Source of the DNA: an uncultured Planctomycetales bacterium
GTDB lineage: Bacteria > Planctomycetota > Phycisphaerae > UBA1845 > PWPN01
Length of the DNA stretch: 64,000 nucleotides
Assembly (NCBI GenBank): GCA_964618455.1
Contig: CAZUAQ010000010.1
Span: 1 to 64,000, forward strand
Direction of reading: 5' to 3'
Positions 38,336 through 49,096 of this stretch are shown here, piece after piece. Below the pieces are notes generated by a model. The model saw nothing but the letters and a program-made list of their open reading frames with translations. It was not told where the DNA came from and ran no database searches. A program made the position numbers and the translations under genes. The first letter of the stretch is position 1. Each line of letters begins with the position of its first letter.

Positions 38336-38788
38336 CTATCGCGTGCGCGGGAAGTCCCGGTCGAAGCGGTTGAGAACCACCTCCGCCGCGCGGACGTTTT
38401 CGCGCACACTGACCGCGTCGCGCAGATCGACCGCCTGCCGGATGTTCAGCGCGATGGCATAGAATTCATCGCAGTACGCTTCGAAGGTACCCGGATCGCG
38501 CGATGTGGCGGCGTAGGAGCGCAGCTCCTGGATATCCTCGATCCAGTCGCCGGTTTCATCCTGCGCTTCCTCCCAATCCCGCTTGTTGACCTCTTCAATG
38601 ATCACGTACCGCTGCTTGTCCACGTCGTGAAGTGCTTCACCATGCGTTGACCATGCCCCGCCGTCCGGCGGCGATGAGGAGCGCGACACATCCACGCGGA
38701 CGTCAGGTGTATCGACGTTGACGCAGCCGCTGAGGATAAGTATGCCGAGAAAAGCTCCTGCTACTGGGATAAATGTCGCACGGTTCAT
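38336..38788 (-). CDS. Hypothetical lipoprotein
   Basis: MNRATFIPVAGAFLGILILSGC lipoprotein signal (LSGC lipobox); 150 aa. Confidence 0.55.
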   Translation of the reverse strand: MNRATFIPVAGAFLGILILSGCVNVDTPDVRVDVSRSSSPPDGGAWSTHGEALHDVDKQRYVIIEEVNKRDWEEAQDETGDWIEDIQELRSYAATSRDPGTFEAYCDEFYAIALNIRQAVDLRDAVSVRENVRAAEVVLNRFDRDFPRTR

Positions 38789-39018
38789 GATTCACCTCGC
38801 CATGGATGGGTTCCGGTCCAGAGTGCTCCTGAACGATTATCGGCGAAGCCCCACTCAAGTTGCCAGAAAAATCTGCGAGAGCGTCACTGCACGCGGAAGA
38901 AGCAAGCCCGATCCAGGCCTGGACGCCCTTCGGAAACAAGACATCCGGCATCCGAACCGCGGTCCGGATGCCGGATGGGATCACCTTCTCCACCGGCGAT
39001 GTGCTGGGGGGGGCGCGC

Positions 39019-39561
39019 TTACTCGAGCCCATCCTCGGGGAGATCGTCCTCGTCCATCTCGGTGAAGTCCACGCCGACCGCATCCGAGATCTCCTGCACC
39101 GCTGTCTTGGCAGACGTCCTGATCAGATCCAGGGCGGTCTCGCACACCGCTTCAACGTCGGCGATCAACGCTTCGTCGGCCTCCAGGCGGTTAAGCAGGT
39201 GGACACAGCGCCGGCAGTGGTGGGCCACGCGATGGGCACAGCGGCGCGAACCCTTGTGGACATACCCCACGGTACGCTCGGCCAGGGCAATCGCTTCCTC
39301 CTCTTCACCGGCCTCAAGCAGTTCATTGATCCTGGCCACCGCCATGGCGCCGAGATCCTCATTGCGCTGGGCACAGTACTCGGACACGCGGGTAACCCGC
39401 TCGATGCAGTTGGCGGCGACCTCCTCGGGCGTGACATCCGACGGGGGCTGGTGGCGCGGGCCGTTGCCACGTGGGCCGGGCTGCGCGATGGCGGGCGACA
39501 GGGTGAACAGGGCGGCGATGCCGGCGAACAACGCGAATCGCGTAACGGTTAATTGACGCAT
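39019..39561 (-). CDS. Hypothetical secreted protein (180 aa)
   Basis: Start at MRQLTVTRFALFAGIAALFTLSPAIA (signal peptide; ATG reverse complement at 39559-39561); the longer listed ORF extends into prmC and is not credible. Confidence 0.5.
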   Translation of the reverse strand: MRQLTVTRFALFAGIAALFTLSPAIAQPGPRGNGPRHQPPSDVTPEEVAANCIERVTRVSEYCAQRNEDLGAMAVARINELLEAGEEEEAIALAERTVGYVHKGSRRCAHRVAHHCRRCVHLLNRLEADEALIADVEAVCETALDLIRTSAKTAVQEISDAVGVDFTEMDEDDLPEDGLE

Positions 39562-39717
39562 GGGTCCATTCTCCTTTGAGTCGAAACAGAAACTGACCAG
39601 TACACCAGGAGCGAAAGGCCGGCACTTCCGCGGTTTGTCGCGACGACAGGGAACCCAACGCGACGCGTTCGGTCTTATTGCGGGAAAATCACATCCTTCG
39701 TTATAGTTGGCCCGATC

Positions 39718-40620
39718 ATGAGTGGATCCCCCGCCGCGGACGAGAAATGGACGGTCGGCAAACTGCTGACCTGGACGGTGCAGTTCTTCCAGGACAAGCA
39801 GGTCGAAGGCGGACGCCTCGCCGCCGAGCTGCTGCTGGCCCGGGCGCTGGGATGCCGCAAGATCGAACTCTACACCCGTTATGAGACCGAACCGTCCGCG
39901 GCGCAGCGCGACGCCTTCCGCGACCTGGTCCGCAAGGCCGCCGACCACTCGCCGATCGCTTATCTTCTTGGGTACCGTGAATTCTTCTCGCTGGATTTCG
40001 AGGTCACCCCGGCGGTGCTCATCCCCCGCCCGGAGACCGAAGTGCTCGTGCAGCGCGCGATCGAGATCTGCCGCGATGCACCGGAGCGGAGGTGGCAGGT
40101 GCTCGACGTCGGCACCGGCAGCGGATGCATCGCCGTGTCACTGGCGAAGCTGGTTGGCAACGTCCGCATCGTGGCGTCGGATGTCTCCCCCGAGGCGCTC
40201 GACGTCGCCCGCCGCAACGCGGAGAAGCACGAGGTGGGTGAGCGGGTCATCTGCGTCGAAGCCGACGCCGTCGATCTCCCGCGCGAAGTCATGCCCGACG
40301 GCGGATTCGACGTCATCGTCTCGAATCCGCCGTACATCAGCGAGGCCCACTGGGCGACGCTACCGCCGCACATCCGCGAACACGAGCCCGCCATTGCATT
40401 GACCGGCCCCGGCGGCGATGGATTGGCCCTGTATCGCGTGCTGGCCGAGCGGGCGGGCGAGGTCCTCACGCCGAACGGAACCATCCTCGTGGAGTTCGGT
40501 TTCGATCAGCGGGATGCCGTGCGTGGCATCTTCGAGAACGCCGGTGGCTGGACGTACGTGAACACGCACCGCGATCCGACCGATCCCCACGACCGCGCGA
40601 TGGAGTTCCAACGCGCGTAA
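39718..40620 (+). CDS. prmC: Release factor glutamine N5-methyltransferase PrmC (HemK)
   Basis: VLDVGTGSGCIAVSLA SAM-binding motif and VSNPPY catalytic motif; 300 aa. Confidence 0.85.
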   Translation: MSGSPAADEKWTVGKLLTWTVQFFQDKQVEGGRLAAELLLARALGCRKIELYTRYETEPSAAQRDAFRDLVRKAADHSPIAYLLGYREFFSLDFEVTPAVLIPRPETEVLVQRAIEICRDAPERRWQVLDVGTGSGCIAVSLAKLVGNVRIVASDVSPEALDVARRNAEKHEVGERVICVEADAVDLPREVMPDGGFDVIVSNPPYISEAHWATLPPHIREHEPAIALTGPGGDGLALYRVLAERAGEVLTPNGTILVEFGFDQRDAVRGIFENAGGWTYVNTHRDPTDPHDRAMEFQRA

Positions 40621-40640
40621 ACGTAAGGCTTCCGGCTGCG

Positions 40641-41738
40641 TTAAGACGACTTGGATTTCGCTTTGGAAACGCCGCCCTTTTTCCCGCCCTTGGGCTGCCC
40701 CTTTTCATCCAGCCAGGGCGGATCGAACGGTACCGCACGCGGCGAGCGCAACGGCTGAAACTGGAGCCCGATGATCCACGCCAGCGCCCCGAGGAACAGC
40801 ACCACGCTGACAAATTGCGAGATGGTCATCCCGGCGGTATCTAGAGGATTGTCCGCGCGGATCGCCTCCTCGAAGTAACGCATGATCGGATACAGCAGGA
40901 AACACAGCCCCGCCACCATACCGTGCCGCTTTCGCTGATAGAAATACGCGTTCAACATGAGGCCCAGCAGGATACCTCCCGTCGAGGCGTACAATTGTGA
41001 GGGATGTACTGGAAGTGTGTGCAGGCGTTCCACGATGTCCTCGAACTCGCGATGCGTGAGATCGAATTTCTTCTCGAGCGCCATGCGCACACCGAAACCC
41101 CCGGGCGGACTCTTCTCGATCTTCGCCCGTTCCGAATCCGACAGGAAAACGAAATCCCGGTAGACCAGCGTCGCGCCTCCATCGTTCCGCACGTAGATGG
41201 CTTCCTGGGGCAGTGTCAGCTTGCGTTCCTCCCATTGGCGGTGCATCGCCGGGCTGGCGTATGGAAACTCCACGGCCCAGGGAAATTCATGCTGACACAC
41301 GCCGCCCCAGCAACAGCCGTTCAGGAAGCACCCGATCCGCGCCATGCACATCCCGAACATCAGCGACGGCGTCACGATGTCCAGGTACCAGCGTAGTGAA
41401 CGCCCGGTGAACGCGAGATAGCCGAGAATCGCGAGCGTTCCGCCAATGAATCCGCCGTAGAACTCAAGTCCGCCGTTCGTCAGGTTCACGATCTTCCACA
41501 AGCCCTGACCGGCAAAATCGCGCTCCCAGTAATGCAGCACGAAGAAGATCCGCGCCCCCAGGATGCTGAAGATCAGCGCGAGGAAACCCATGTTGACGAT
41601 GACATCGGGGTCGCCCTTGGTGCGGATCGCCCGGCGCGTCGCCCACCACGTCCCACCGACGAAACCGATCATCAGCATCAGTCCGTAGCTTCGCAGCGGA
41701 ATATCCAGGCCGGGAATGGTAAAGATCGTGGGAAACAT
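40641..41738 (-). CDS. lgt: Prolipoprotein diacylglyceryl transferase with Lys-rich C-terminal tail
   Basis: Lgt signature region (HPSQLYASTGGILLGLML, multi-TM); C-terminal extension DEKGQPKGGKKGGVSKAKSKSS. Confidence 0.8.
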   Translation of the reverse strand: MFPTIFTIPGLDIPLRSYGLMLMIGFVGGTWWATRRAIRTKGDPDVIVNMGFLALIFSILGARIFFVLHYWERDFAGQGLWKIVNLTNGGLEFYGGFIGGTLAILGYLAFTGRSLRWYLDIVTPSLMFGMCMARIGCFLNGCCWGGVCQHEFPWAVEFPYASPAMHRQWEERKLTLPQEAIYVRNDGGATLVYRDFVFLSDSERAKIEKSPPGGFGVRMALEKKFDLTHREFEDIVERLHTLPVHPSQLYASTGGILLGLMLNAYFYQRKRHGMVAGLCFLLYPIMRYFEEAIRADNPLDTAGMTISQFVSVVLFLGALAWIIGLQFQPLRSPRAVPFDPPWLDEKGQPKGGKKGGVSKAKSKSS

Positions 41739-41819
41739 GCAGGCTCGTCTCGTTGGAGTCGATCCGTAATCGCGGGATCGACGCGTGTTCTGGCTCTATT
41801 CGTTGCGCGAGGGTGAATC

Positions 41820-42701
41820 CTAATCCTGCAGCCGGTCAGCGTCCACCATCACGTTGTCGATCAGCCGGGTTGATCCGATGCGGACCGCCACCGCGATCAG
41901 GACGCGCCCTTGCACTTGATCCACAGGTTGCAGCTCATCCGCATCCACGACCTCTACGTAATCGATGGAGCATGGCCCGGCCGATTCGATCCTCGCGCGG
42001 ATGCTCGACGCCACCGTGACCGCGTCCCGCTCGCCCTGATTGATTGCCTCGCTCGCCGCGAACAACGCCTGTGACAGGCTCCGCGCCTGCTCACGTTCGG
42101 CGGGCGACAGATAAACGTTGCGGCTCGACATCGCCAGGCCGTCCGGCTCTCGGACCGTCGGGCAGATCACAATCTCGATCGGCCAGGAGAGATCGCGGGT
42201 CATCTTGCGGATCACCGCCGCCTGCTGGGCGTCCTTCTGCCCGAAGTAGGCGGCGTCCGGCTGCACGATGTTGAAGAGTTTACTGACCACGGTCGTGACC
42301 CCGTCAAAATGCCACGGCCGCGACGCCCCGCAAAGCCCTTGGGTCAACCGATCCACGTGAACGGTCGTGGAGGCACTGGCGTCATACATTTCCGACACGA
42401 CAGGGCAGAAAACCGCGTCCGCTCGCTCCGCCGCGCAGGCGTTCAGATCCGCCTCGATCGGCCGCGGGTACTCATCGAAATCCTCGTTGGGGCCGAATTG
42501 TGTCGGATTCACGAAAATCGACACGATCACGATTTCACAATCTCGCCGCGCCGCCCGGATCAACGAGCGATGGCCTTCGTGCAGCGCGCCCATCGTCGGC
42601 ACCAGCCCGATGCGACGTCCTGCCGCCCGATGCGGCCCGGTAAACGCCCGGACCTCATCCACTGTTTCCAACTTCTTCAATGGAAGTGACTTGCGTTCCA
42701 T
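41820..42701 (-). CDS. panC: Pantoate--beta-alanine ligase
   Basis: Start MERKSL..; LVPTMGALHEGHRSLI (HIGH-type) and FGQKDAQQ motifs; 293 aa. Confidence 0.85.
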   Translation of the reverse strand: MERKSLPLKKLETVDEVRAFTGPHRAAGRRIGLVPTMGALHEGHRSLIRAARRDCEIVIVSIFVNPTQFGPNEDFDEYPRPIEADLNACAAERADAVFCPVVSEMYDASASTTVHVDRLTQGLCGASRPWHFDGVTTVVSKLFNIVQPDAAYFGQKDAQQAAVIRKMTRDLSWPIEIVICPTVREPDGLAMSSRNVYLSPAEREQARSLSQALFAASEAINQGERDAVTVASSIRARIESAGPCSIDYVEVVDADELQPVDQVQGRVLIAVAVRIGSTRLIDNVMVDADRLQD

Positions 42702-42886
42702 CCCTGCGATTATCCACAGCGAACCGGCATTCCACAAGCCGCCCCGGCCCGTTTGACACCCCGCCACGCGGCTTGATAATCACAGGCGGTTATCGGGAAT
42801 GGGGAAGCGTTGCGTCGAAAAACCCCTTCAGAGCCCCTCGAAAGGGGATTTTCTCTAACCCTGCGACCGGGGGCGTGTCTATACCC

Positions 42887-43504
42887 ATGACGTCTGCGGA
42901 TGAATCGGCATTCGGCGAATCGACCGGTCAGCGGGATGCCGCCTGGGTCCGAGAGGCCATTGCGGGTGACACGGAGGCCTTCGGACGGCTGGTCACGGAA
43001 TACCAGCGACGCGCCGTGGCGGTGGCGTATCGGATCCTGGGCAATCGCGACGATGCCGTGGACGTGGCCCAGGAGGCTTTTCTCCGGGCGTACCGGTCGC
43101 TTGACAAGTTGAAGGAACAGGCGCGATTCGGCCCCTGGCTGATGCGAATCGTGAGCAACCAGGCGCTTAACGCCCGGCGCTCGCGCAAGACCGGAGCCAC
43201 GGTCGAACTCGACGAATCGCAGGGGTCCGAAGGTCTGGACTCCGGCGAAGGAAGCCCGACGGTCTCCCGCACGTTCACGCCGGATACCCGGCTGGAACAT
43301 CGGGAGATGCAGGAAGCGCTGGAGGAAGCCTTGAATACGCTGCCTGAGAAACAACGCCTGTCGCTGGTTTTATTCACGATTGAAGGGTGGGCACAGAAAG
43401 ACATTGCCGAGCTGCTCGAATGCAGTCTGGAGAACGTCAAGTGGAACGTCTTCCAGGCGCGCAAGCGATTGCGGGAGCAACTGGGCGACGCCATCCACCT
43501 TTAA
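42887..43504 (+). CDS. ECF-family RNA polymerase sigma factor
   Basis: Start MTSADES (ATG at 42887); sigma-70 region 2 (EAFGRLVTEYQRRAVAVAYRILGNRDDAVDVAQEAFLRAY) and region 4 (LPEKQRLSLVLFTIEGWAQKDIAELLECSLENVKWNVFQARKRLR). Confidence 0.85.
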   Translation: MTSADESAFGESTGQRDAAWVREAIAGDTEAFGRLVTEYQRRAVAVAYRILGNRDDAVDVAQEAFLRAYRSLDKLKEQARFGPWLMRIVSNQALNARRSRKTGATVELDESQGSEGLDSGEGSPTVSRTFTPDTRLEHREMQEALEEALNTLPEKQRLSLVLFTIEGWAQKDIAELLECSLENVKWNVFQARKRLREQLGDAIHL

Positions 43505-43513
43505 CGGAAGTGT

Positions 43514-44290
43514 GTGATGCAAGCACGGATCAATGAACATGACGAGTTCCTGCTGAGCCGGTTGTTGGACGGGGATCTGGCGGCGGAGGAAGCCGATGCG
43601 CTTCGCGCGCGACTGGAACGCGAACCGGAGCTGCAAGCCGCTTACGACGCCCTGCGCCGCATTGATGAGGCGCTGGAGTCGCGCCGCAAGGATCAGCCGG
43701 ACGTCGACTTCCGCGCGTTTCATGCGAACGTGATGCAGGCGGTCGAGGCGGAAGCCGGCGCGACCGTTTCCGGGAAGGATCGCGAGACCGGCGGCGTGCT
43801 GCTCAAGTTCCCGTCGTGGTTCAAGGTGGCTACGCCGCTTGCCGCCGCGGCGGCCCTCGCGCTCGTTCTGCTGCTGAATTCCGGGAAACCGACGATCGAC
43901 ACGCCCACCGCGCAACCGGGCCAGGGTGATTCGGGAACGTCATCGATCGCCATGACCGAGGGGCCGACTGCAAAGCCCGCGCTACTGGACCCCACGACGC
44001 ACGGCGGACGCCTTGTCCTGGCCCAGGTGAGCCGCCCCGTCTCGGATTCCAGCGGCAAGATCGTGGTGCGCGTCGGTCAACCCGCCGAAGCGGCTCCCGC
44101 GGAACGATCCATGGTCCAGGTCAGCTTCCGCCATTGCGACGAGTTGGCCCGGCTGGTCGAATACAAGGATCAATCGACGGAGAACGAATCGAAGCTGGTA
44201 GAAATCTGGCCGTCGCAGCCCGAAAACAAGAATCGTGAGCCGGAACCAGCGTGGGGCATCGATCTGGAGATCGACGCCACACCTTTGTGA
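43514..44290 (+). CDS. Putative anti-sigma factor (single TM)
   Basis: Immediately downstream of the ECF sigma; N-terminal cytoplasmic helix region, one TM (VATPLAAAAALALVLLL), periplasmic C-terminus. Confidence 0.55.
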   Translation: MMQARINEHDEFLLSRLLDGDLAAEEADALRARLEREPELQAAYDALRRIDEALESRRKDQPDVDFRAFHANVMQAVEAEAGATVSGKDRETGGVLLKFPSWFKVATPLAAAAALALVLLLNSGKPTIDTPTAQPGQGDSGTSSIAMTEGPTAKPALLDPTTHGGRLVLAQVSRPVSDSSGKIVVRVGQPAEAAPAERSMVQVSFRHCDELARLVEYKDQSTENESKLVEIWPSQPENKNREPEPAWGIDLEIDATPL

Positions 44291-44366
44291 TGAGGATGAC
44301 TGGACGGGTAAGTTCCTGAAAGCGAGCGTTGCCCAACCGTGTGCGTCACAGGCCGCGCGGATAAGG

Positions 44367-45626
44367 ATGAGCACCATGAAACGACAGAGTCACATGTACG
44401 CCGGGGCACTCGTACTGGTCGCCGCGTGGATGTTCACACTTTCGACCCACGCTCAGACCTCCACGGGTGAACGTGCGGTCGCCACGGAGAAGGCCAAGCC
44501 TGCCGATGGCATGAAGTTCTTCAGCTCGCCGAATGAACCGCGCGGCGATACCCAGGAAGTCGAGATTATCCAGGCTCTCGACCGGAAGACGGACCTCGTC
44601 GTCAACGACGCCCCGATCCAGGAAGCGCTCGCCCAACTGGCGGAGGGTACGGACATTCCGCTGGTGGTGAAGGCGGGCACGATGGACCTGCTGCCGTACG
44701 GCTCGAAGACGGCGCTGACCGCCACCATCGAGGATCTTCCCCTGCGCGACAGCCTGGCGGGGTTGCTCTGGCCGGTCGGGCTGACGTTCGAGGTCAAGAA
44801 CGCGCGTGTCGTCGTGATCCCGACCGAGGGACTCGCGCGGCTCGGCCGCCGGGCGACCTGGGATGAACTGGCCACGCTGAAAACGCTCTACACGCAGCCC
44901 TGGACGAACGATCTGACCGAAAAGCTCTCGTTCCGGTTCCGCGAAATCTCCGGGACCGGCGCGAACACCAATCGCGACCTGCTGCAGAAGTCGGCGCAGA
45001 ACGTCGGCGAAGGCTCGGCGGCGGACGTGCTCACGCTGGCGTGCGAGCGTTACGGCTGGACGTGGTACCCCGAGCGCAACCAGGTCGTCATCCTTCCCAA
45101 GACCAAGCAGGTCGAGCGACAGTTGGAGAAGCGCGTGTCGCTGCAGTATTCGCAGATCGGGCTACGCGAGGCGCTGCTCGACCTGGCGGACCGGGCGGGT
45201 GTGCTGCTGGAGATGGACCCCGGTGTGTTCGCCGAGCTTCCGCCGCAGACCGCCGAGCGGTTCTCGCTTCGTATCGAGAACGCCACCGTGCGCCAGGCGC
45301 TCGAGGTCGTGGCGGGGCAGACGGGATTGAAATACACCGTCGAACCGGAGGGCATCCGGCTGACCGGCAACGCGCTGCCCGTGCACGGTACGCTTGCCAC
45401 AACCCATGCCGCCTCGACGCAGGTCGTACGTCCCGAGGCCACCGACATCCGCACCAACCCCATCGTCGGTCAGATCACCAAGACCGGCGCGGACGGCACG
45501 CAGTACTCCTTCTTCATCCGCCTGGAAGACCTCCCGCCGGAGATGGCCCGCCTCCGCCAGATCGCCATCGAGAAGGAAGTCGTCAACTTCCGCAAACTCC
45601 TCGAAGCCGAACAACCGCAGGATTGA
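44367..45626 (+). CDS. Secreted protein with two STN (secretin/TonB N-terminal)-like domains
   Basis: Signal peptide MSTMKRQSHMYAGALVLVAAWMFTLSTHA; two repeats resembling STN domains (EALAQLAEGTDIPLVV... and EALLDLADRAGVLLEM...ATVRQALEVVAGQTGLKYTVEPEGIRLT). Confidence 0.5.
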   Translation: MSTMKRQSHMYAGALVLVAAWMFTLSTHAQTSTGERAVATEKAKPADGMKFFSSPNEPRGDTQEVEIIQALDRKTDLVVNDAPIQEALAQLAEGTDIPLVVKAGTMDLLPYGSKTALTATIEDLPLRDSLAGLLWPVGLTFEVKNARVVVIPTEGLARLGRRATWDELATLKTLYTQPWTNDLTEKLSFRFREISGTGANTNRDLLQKSAQNVGEGSAADVLTLACERYGWTWYPERNQVVILPKTKQVERQLEKRVSLQYSQIGLREALLDLADRAGVLLEMDPGVFAELPPQTAERFSLRIENATVRQALEVVAGQTGLKYTVEPEGIRLTGNALPVHGTLATTHAASTQVVRPEATDIRTNPIVGQITKTGADGTQYSFFIRLEDLPPEMARLRQIAIEKEVVNFRKLLEAEQPQD

Positions 45627-46121
45627 GCGCGCCCCCACTCTTCGTTTGGCGAAGAATGGGCCACGCCACCTTCCGTGAATCCCTCAGAGTCCCACCCTCT
45701 CCACGCACGTCGGTTGATCACCCACAACGATGAAGCCCCCACACGCAAGGTGCAAGGCACACACGCGAGGGACCAGGCACCACCCTCTGATAAGCAAGGT
45801 GTAGGGCTTCGCCCGCAACGCGGGAGCAAGCGGTCTATCGCCCTTTGCAGGGCTAGAAATGATCGCGCGGTCTTCGGTTCCAGGGGCTCGCGCCACTGAC
45901 TAACGACTGTCGGCCCTTCAGGCCTGAGAATCAGATTCGCATGCCATGCCGCGGATCGCGAGCGTTGCCCGTACCGCAGAATCATCGTCACATGCACGCG
46001 GCAACTTCGCCAAGTTATAAATACCACATCCCCAAAACGTGGACACAAGTTTATTGTCGAAACACGCTCACAGGAGGAAGTACCTAGAAAATGCCTTGCC
46101 GGTTCAACCGTTTCACTCATT

Positions 46122-47066
46122 TCAACCGTAGATCGCCCGCAGCGCGTCGGGCAGCTTGGGATAGGTGAATTCAAACCCCTCCTCGCGCAATCGTCGCGAT
46201 ACGCAGTACCGTCCGTATAACGCCAGTTCGGGATCGGTGCGCATGACCAGCGGCGCGCCGAGGCGAACCATCCACGCGGCGGCGGGCAGACTGATCGGTA
46301 CGCGCAGCGCGCGGCGCAGTTCGCGCATGAACTCCGCGTTGGACACCGGATGCGGGGCGGTGGCGACGTACGTACCCTGCATGGATGTGTCGGTGATGGC
46401 CCGATGCAGCAGGCGGTTCAAGTCGTGCTCGTGGATCCAACTGATGCCCTGCCGGCCGTGGCCGACCTTGCCGCCGAGGCCGACGCGGGCCAGCTTCGCC
46501 AGGCGCGGCAGCGCGCCGCCCTCGCGCCCCAGCACGAACGACGTGCGCAGGATCACCTGCCGCATGCCGGGCAGAACGCCCTGCCCGAACGCCTCCTCCC
46601 ACGCCTGGCCGATCTCCGGCGCCAGGCCGAGCCCGAAGGCGGCATCCTCGTCGCAGATCGCCTCGGGCGGATCGCCGTAGATGTGCGCGGTGGACATCTG
46701 CACCCACACCGGCGGCGGGTCACGCAGCTCACGCACCGCCAGCCCCAGCACCCGCGTCGATTCCACGCGCGACCGCAGGATCTCGTCGCAGTGATCGGGC
46801 GTCTTGATGCAATCCACCGACCGCCCCGCCAGATTCACCAGCGCCCCCGCCCCCTCCAGGCATGACACCCACTTTCCCCACGTGCGGCCATCCCAGGCGA
46901 CATGTGTCCACGGCCCGGCGACCCGCGGCGCGTGGCGGCTGAGCAGGACGACTTCATGCCCCCGCTCCGCCGCGTACCGCGCCAGGTTCCTCCCGAGGAA
47001 CCCGGATCCCCCGGCGATGACGATGCTGCCCGGTGAAGCGGAATGTGATGATGTCGCCTCGGTCAT
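46122..47066 (-). CDS. TIGR01777/YfcH-family NAD-dependent epimerase/dehydratase (DUF1731)
   Basis: Start MTEATSSH; [30 protein letters not shown] Rossmann motif; C-terminal DUF1731-like region. Confidence 0.75.
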   Translation of the reverse strand: MTEATSSHSASPGSIVIAGGSGFLGRNLARYAAERGHEVVLLSRHAPRVAGPWTHVAWDGRTWGKWVSCLEGAGALVNLAGRSVDCIKTPDHCDEILRSRVESTRVLGLAVRELRDPPPVWVQMSTAHIYGDPPEAICDEDAAFGLGLAPEIGQAWEEAFGQGVLPGMRQVILRTSFVLGREGGALPRLAKLARVGLGGKVGHGRQGISWIHEHDLNRLLHRAITDTSMQGTYVATAPHPVSNAEFMRELRRALRVPISLPAAAWMVRLGAPLVMRTDPELALYGRYCVSRRLREEGFEFTYPKLPDALRAIYG

Positions 47067-47278
47067 GGTCCGCCTTTCTGAAAACCCGCCAACGGCCCAG
47101 AACGCCCCCTCGACCGGCACCGCCCTGACATCCGGTCGCGCCCGGCGCATTCTAGACCCGAGCCACCACTGGACCAGCGTTGAGAAGTTTTTTGAAACTC
47201 CGCCAACTCACGCCGCCATTCCCGCTTCGATCCGCCATCCGACCCTCTTGAGCCGGCGGGGCCGTCCGCGTACAGTGC

Positions 47279-49096
47279 ATGAAGCAACGACCCGACGTGA
47301 CGCTCCCCTACCTCCGAGTCGACCGCATGCCCTTCGAAGAATTCGATGAACCGAAAACCAGGCCACTGGACGCCGCCATCATGGGGCGCATGTGGGAGCG
47401 GACCCGCCGTTACCGGCGCGGCATCTGGATCAACCTCGGCATCACGGTCGTGCTGGTGAGCCTGGAACTGGTGCCCCCGCGCCTGACCAAGTACATCATC
47501 GACGTCAACATTCCGCAGAACGATCCGTGGGGCCTGTCGCTGTCGGTCGGCATCCTGCTCGCGACGGTGCTCATCATGCTCGTGCTGATCCGCCTTCATA
47601 TCGGCCGCGTAGTGTCCATCGGCGAGCGGATGGTCTTCGACCTGCGCGAGGAGATCTTCCGCCACCTCCAGTTGCTTTCACTGAGCTACTACGACAAGGT
47701 CAAGGTCGGCCGCATCATCGCCCGGGGCACCTCCGACCTCGCCGCCATGCGCAACACCATCGTCTGGGGTCTGCCGCGCATCCTTCACGCCATACTGATG
47801 ATGGCGGGCACGCTGGTGATGATGGTCCTGCTGAGCTGGAAGCTGTTCGTGGCGGTGTGCGTGATCGTTCCGCTGCTGTGGGCGGCCAACACCTGGTTCC
47901 GCAGGCACATCAGCCAGGCGTGGCGGAACGTGCGCGAAACGCAATCGCGCATCGTCGCGACGCTGGCGGAGAACATCAACGGCATGCGCGTGGTGCAGGC
48001 GTACGCACGCGAGCAGCACAACCTCGGCGTGTTTCACGATCTGCAGAGTGAGAGCTACAACCGTCATCTTGTGGCGGCGAAAATTGTCGGGACGTACCTG
48101 CCATCGCTCGGGCTGATCAACGCCGTGGGGATGGGCATCATCCTGATTTACGGCGGATGGCTCGTGTGGCAGGGTCAGGTGCCGATCGGCACGCTGGTGG
48201 CGTTCGCGATGTACCAGGAGCTGCTGCTCGGGCCGATTCACGAAATGGGTGACATCTACAACGAGGCGCTGCACGCCATGGCAGGTGGCGAGCGCATCTT
48301 TACGCTGCTCGACGAGAAACCCGAGGTGCACGACCAGGCCGACGCCTATGCCCTGCCGCCGATCGAAGGGCGCGTCGTCTTCGATCACGTCACCTTCGGT
48401 TACAACCCCGAGCATCCTGTCTTGCACGACATCACGTTCGAAGCGATTCCAGGGCAGACGATCGCCCTGGTCGGCCCGACCGGCGCGGGCAAGAGCACCG
48501 TCGTCAAGCTGGTGACGCGTTTCTACGACATTCAGCAGGGCGACATCCGCATCGACGACCACTCCATCCGAAACGTGACGCTGGAGAGCCTGCACCGCCA
48601 GATGGGCATCGTGTCGCAGCGCAACTTCATCTTCTCCGGCACGATCATGGACAACATGCGTTACGCGCGACCCGACGCCGCCGACGCGGAAGTGATCGAG
48701 GCGGCCCGGGCCCTCGGCGCCGACGAAGTGATCGAGCGGTTGCCCGACGGCTACTACACGAAGGTCAGCGAGCGCGGCGAGTCGCTCTCGCTCGGGCAGC
48801 GGCAACTGGTCTGCTTCACGCGGGCGATGGTGGCCGACCCGCGCATCTTCATCCTCGACGAAGCGACAAGTTCCATCGATCCGCAGACCGAGCTGCGCAT
48901 CCAGCACGCCCTGGACCGCCTGCTGAGCCACCGGACCTCGTTCGTGATTGCCCACCGGCTGAGCACCATCCGCCACGCCGACCAGGTGCTCTTCATCGAT
49001 GGCGGACGGCTCATCGAACGCGGCACGCACGACGAACTGCTTGCTTTCGGCGGACGATATCGGGCACTGTATGAAGAGTTCGTCCGCACAGTGTAG
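47279..49096 (+). CDS. ABC transporter permease/ATP-binding fusion protein (exporter type)
   Basis: Six-TM N-terminal domain; Walker A GPTGAGKST, signature LSLGQRQ, Walker B IFILDEATS; 605 aa. Confidence 0.85.
   Translation: MKQRPDVTLPYLRVDRMPFEEFDEPKTRPLDAAIMGRMWERTRRYRRGIWINLGITVVLVSLELVPPRLTKYIIDVNIPQNDPWGLSLSVGILLATVLIMLVLIRLHIGRVVSIGERMVFDLREEIFRHLQLLSLSYYDKVKVGRIIARGTSDLAAMRNTIVWGLPRILHAILMMAGTLVMMVLLSWKLFVAVCVIVPLLWAANTWFRRHISQAWRNVRETQSRIVATLAENINGMRVVQAYAREQHNLGVFHDLQSESYNRHLVAAKIVGTYLPSLGLINAVGMGIILIYGGWLVWQGQVPIGTLVAFAMYQELLLGPIHEMGDIYNEALHAMAGGERIFTLLDEKPEVHDQADAYALPPIEGRVVFDHVTFGYNPEHPVLHDITFEAIPGQTIALVGPTGAGKSTVVKLVTRFYDIQQGDIRIDDHSIRNVTLESLHRQMGIVSQRNFIFSGTIMDNMRYARPDAADAEVIEAARALGADEVIERLPDGYYTKVSERGESLSLGQRQLVCFTRAMVADPRIFILDEATSSIDPQTELRIQHALDRLLSHRTSFVIAHRLSTIRHADQVLFIDGGRLIERGTHDELLAFGGRYRALYEEFVRTV

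Noticed and set aside
39562-39948. N-terminal extension of ORF 39019..39948
   Set aside because: The extension overlaps the start of prmC on the opposite strand and is compositionally odd. The internal Met with a signal peptide at 39561 is the plausible start.
45627-46121. Weak hairpin cccactcttcg-tttgg-cgaagaatggg after the STN-domain gene as a terminator
   Set aside because: The stem has a mismatch and no downstream T-run, so there is not enough support to call it.
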